DNA of 32,000 nucleotides from Mycobacterium tuberculosis H37Rv (GTDB lineage Bacteria; Actinomycetota; Actinomycetes; Mycobacteriales; Mycobacteriaceae): NCBI RefSeq assembly GCF_000195955.2, contig NC_000962.3, positions 870,001 to 902,000 of the forward strand, read 5' to 3'. Shown piece by piece: positions 29,788 to 32,000 of this stretch (position 1 is its first letter; each line of letters starts with the position of its first letter). The notes under the pieces were generated by a model. It saw only the letters and a program-made list of their open reading frames with translations, ran no database searches and was not told where the DNA came from. The position numbers and the translations under genes were made by a program.

Positions 29788-31330
29788 CGTCCGCGGCGAT
29801 CTTCTCCCAGGGAGCCGGTATCGGGAAATAGCGCTCCAGGAAACTGACGACTCGTTCTGCGCGCTGCGCTGCGGGGACTTCAGGAAAGCTACCGTCGTTG
29901 AGGCAGAAGAAATCGTATCCGCGGTGCTTCCGCAACTTAGGAAGTAGCCGAAGACCCGCATAGCTGGTGGTGTCGACATAGAGGACTTTAGCCTTTTCCT
30001 GCGGGACGGCGCGTCCGGTCATCAGCGCGTAATAGTGGTAGAACGAGTTGGTCACCGAGATGTCGGTGTCGGAGCGGAACGGGCTGGCCGCGGTGCGGGC
30101 GAATTCCTCCGGGAATTCCCGCTCCATCTCGATCAGCACACTCTTGCGCAACGGTACCGCGGTGTGCTCGAGATGACGGGTAATCACCTGCCCGAACCGG
30201 TCGAAGAGCAGCTGCCGGTTTACCCGGGCCGCGTTTTCAAAGCCACTACGCGCTGGGTTGTTGGCGCCGAGCCCGATCCGGGTCTTGGCTTCGATGAACC
30301 TGGTGACTCCACCGGGAGAGAAGAACATACTGGCCTTGAGCGGCCGGCCGAAGAACATGTCGTCGTTGGAGTACAAGAAGTGCTCGCTGAGCCCCGGGAT
30401 GTGGTGCAGCTGGCTCTCCACCGCATGCGAGTTATAGGTCGGCAACGCGGAACGGTCGGAAAAGTGGTCCTCGGCGCGAACGATGGTGATTTTAGGATGT
30501 TCGGCCAACCATGGCGGCGGGGTTGAATCCGTCGCGATGAAGATGCGACGTATCCACGGAGCAAACATGTTCACCGACCGCAGCGCGTATTTCAACTCGT
30601 CGATTTGGCGGATCCGCGCTTCGGCGTCGTCGCCCTCGCCCACCACGTACTGCGACATTTGAGCCATGCGGCGCGCCCGGAACTCGGGGTCACTACCGTC
30701 CACCCAGGAGAACACCATGTCTATGTCGAACACGACGTCGCTGGCGTGCGGGGCAAACATCCCGTCAAGGGTCGGCCATTTGTACCCGTAGAGTTTGACA
30801 TTTGTCGGCGTTATTTCGTTTCGGGGCAGCACTTTGCGGCTAAGCGAGTTTTCGACAGGGCAGCGGATCACCGTCTCCTCGTATACCCAGAATTGCAGTT
30901 CCACACCGAACGCCGGGCCGTAGCGAAATCCGCCCGGCGCGATCCGGCGTCGATACAACCGCACGACACGCGGGTCAACCAGCTGCGACAGCCCGTCGGT
31001 GGCGACCAAAACAGGAGAAAGGCCAGGCTCATCAATAGTTTTGGCGTACATCGGTTCGGTTGCACATGCGGCCGCAAGAGCGCGCTCGAGGCCGGCACGT
31101 AGTTCGATGTTGATGGCAAGCACCGGCCGGTTCTTGTGGTTTCGGATCAGTAGATAGGGAATATCAGCCCTGTTTAACACCTTTCGCAGAAAGACCAGAT
31201 CTTCGATCTGGGCCTCCTGGGGGGTCAGGCCGGATTCCAGGCGGGCGATCTTGCCGCGCCGGGTAACGATGATGGGATTCACGGTGCGCTGAGCGGGCCG
31301 ACCGCCGTCGCGCGAAGAGATTTTGGGCAT
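29732..31330 (-). CDS. cpsY: Stealth-family (CR1-CR4) putative sugar-phosphate transferase for polysaccharide synthesis, 532 aa
   Basis: Stealth conserved regions ([15 protein letters not shown]; [17 protein letters not shown]; [32 protein letters not shown]). Confidence 0.88.
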
Positions 31331-31634
31331 CGGGTCACCGCCTTGGGAACTCAGGGAGAAATGATTAGGTCACCGAAAGAATCTCACAGATCGCGGGTCG
31401 GCGCAGGTTGACCGCGCTGGCGCGGGGTCCATACAGAATTGTGCGGTCAAGGCGATAACTCTTGCAAGACACCAGATCTAGCGATCTAAGAACATCGGCC
31501 GGAAACCTGGTTGTTGCGGCCGCGCCATGTCAAGTTCAGTTCGGAACTGGGCTCGCATACAACCCGATCCCAGTCTCAGCAGCGGCGCTTGGCCGCCATC
31601 TGGATGGATCCACCGATTCTTGAGACCCTAAGGT

Positions 31635-32000
31635 ATGAGCGCTCGTGATCGAGTCGATCCGGCGAAGACTCGGCAGGTCGTGTTGGCCCTCGCGGACTGG
31701 TTGCGCGACGAAACGTTGCCAGCACCCGACACCGACGTGTTGGCGGCGGCGGTTCGGCTTACGGCGCGCACGCTCGCTGCGCTGGCCCCTGGCGCCAGCG
31801 TCGAAGTCCGGATCCCACCGTTTGCTGCGGTGCAGTGCATTTCTGGGCCCCGGCACACTCGCGGCACACCCCCCAACGTCGTGCAGACCGACCCACGGAC
31901 CTGGCTCCTGGTGGCTACCGGGCTGTCGGGGGTGGCGCAGGCCCGGGGCAGTGGCGCGCTGCAGCTCTCCGGCTCGCGGGCCGGTGAGATCGAGGCCTGG
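31635..32000 (+). CDS. Conserved hypothetical protein, tentatively bacterial SCP-like; 3' end beyond the window (recalled as Rv0807)
   Basis: Own translation from ATG 31635 (MSARDRVDPAKTRQVVLALADWLRDETLPAP..) stays open to the window edge. It is absent from the ORF track because no stop codon falls inside the window. Confidence 0.6.
   Translation, partial: MSARDRVDPAKTRQVVLALADWLRDETLPAPDTDVLAAAVRLTARTLAALAPGASVEVRIPPFAAVQCISGPRHTRGTPPNVVQTDPRTWLLVATGLSGVAQARGSGALQLSGSRAGEIEAW

Noticed and set aside
31474-31487. agatc-tagc-gatct inverted repeat in the cpsY/SCP-like divergent region
   Set aside because: It has only 5-bp arms and is too short to distinguish from chance.

Overview
High-GC actinobacterial chromosome. 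From memory only (no search was possible), this is the Mycobacterium tuberculosis complex region Rv0777-Rv0807 in an H37Rv-like configuration; confirm by BLAST. A dispersed purine-biosynthesis set (purB, purC, purS, purQ, purL) is interleaved with unrelated genes. These are cytochrome P450 cyp126, a frameshift-split oligopeptidase B (ptrBa/ptrBb), the MFS efflux pump emrB, a DUF2334-like protein, an FAD dehydrogenase, an MBL-fold hydrolase and a Cys-rich exported protein. Next comes a GntR-headed, translationally coupled operon (LLM oxidoreductase, transglutaminase-like protein, YbjN-like protein) lying divergent to an ABM monooxygenase, then an LpdB-like flavoprotein disulfide reductase. A nested mobile-element locus follows: a complete 1355-bp IS6110 (28-bp imperfect IRs, GAGG target duplication) sits in the Shine-Dalgarno of an IS110-family IS1547 transposase. 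After it are a two-gene encapsulin operon (DyP peroxidase with a C-terminal targeting peptide, plus the Cfp29 shell), the M18 aminopeptidase pepC, VOC and GNAT proteins, a CPBP protease coupled to purL, a class III cNMP phosphodiesterase, Stealth-family cpsY and a 3'-truncated SCP-like ORF. I saw no rRNA, tRNA or CRISPR array. The most notable second-look items are: (1) the encapsulin/DyP nanocompartment operon; (2) the IS1547 5' non-coding arm, where an IS110-family bridge RNA would be expected, cut off from its recombinase by IS6110; (3) a 34-bp repeat (32/34 identical) shared by the IS1547 right edge and a distant convergent intergenic site; (4) two perfect AT-rich palindromic candidate operators; (5) a probable deletion scar holding 5'-truncated TetR and DoxX-like remnants; (6) an uncharacterised GntR-LLM-transglutaminase-YbjN operon. 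Many long antisense or alternate-frame ORFs in the track are GC-driven shadows and were rejected.
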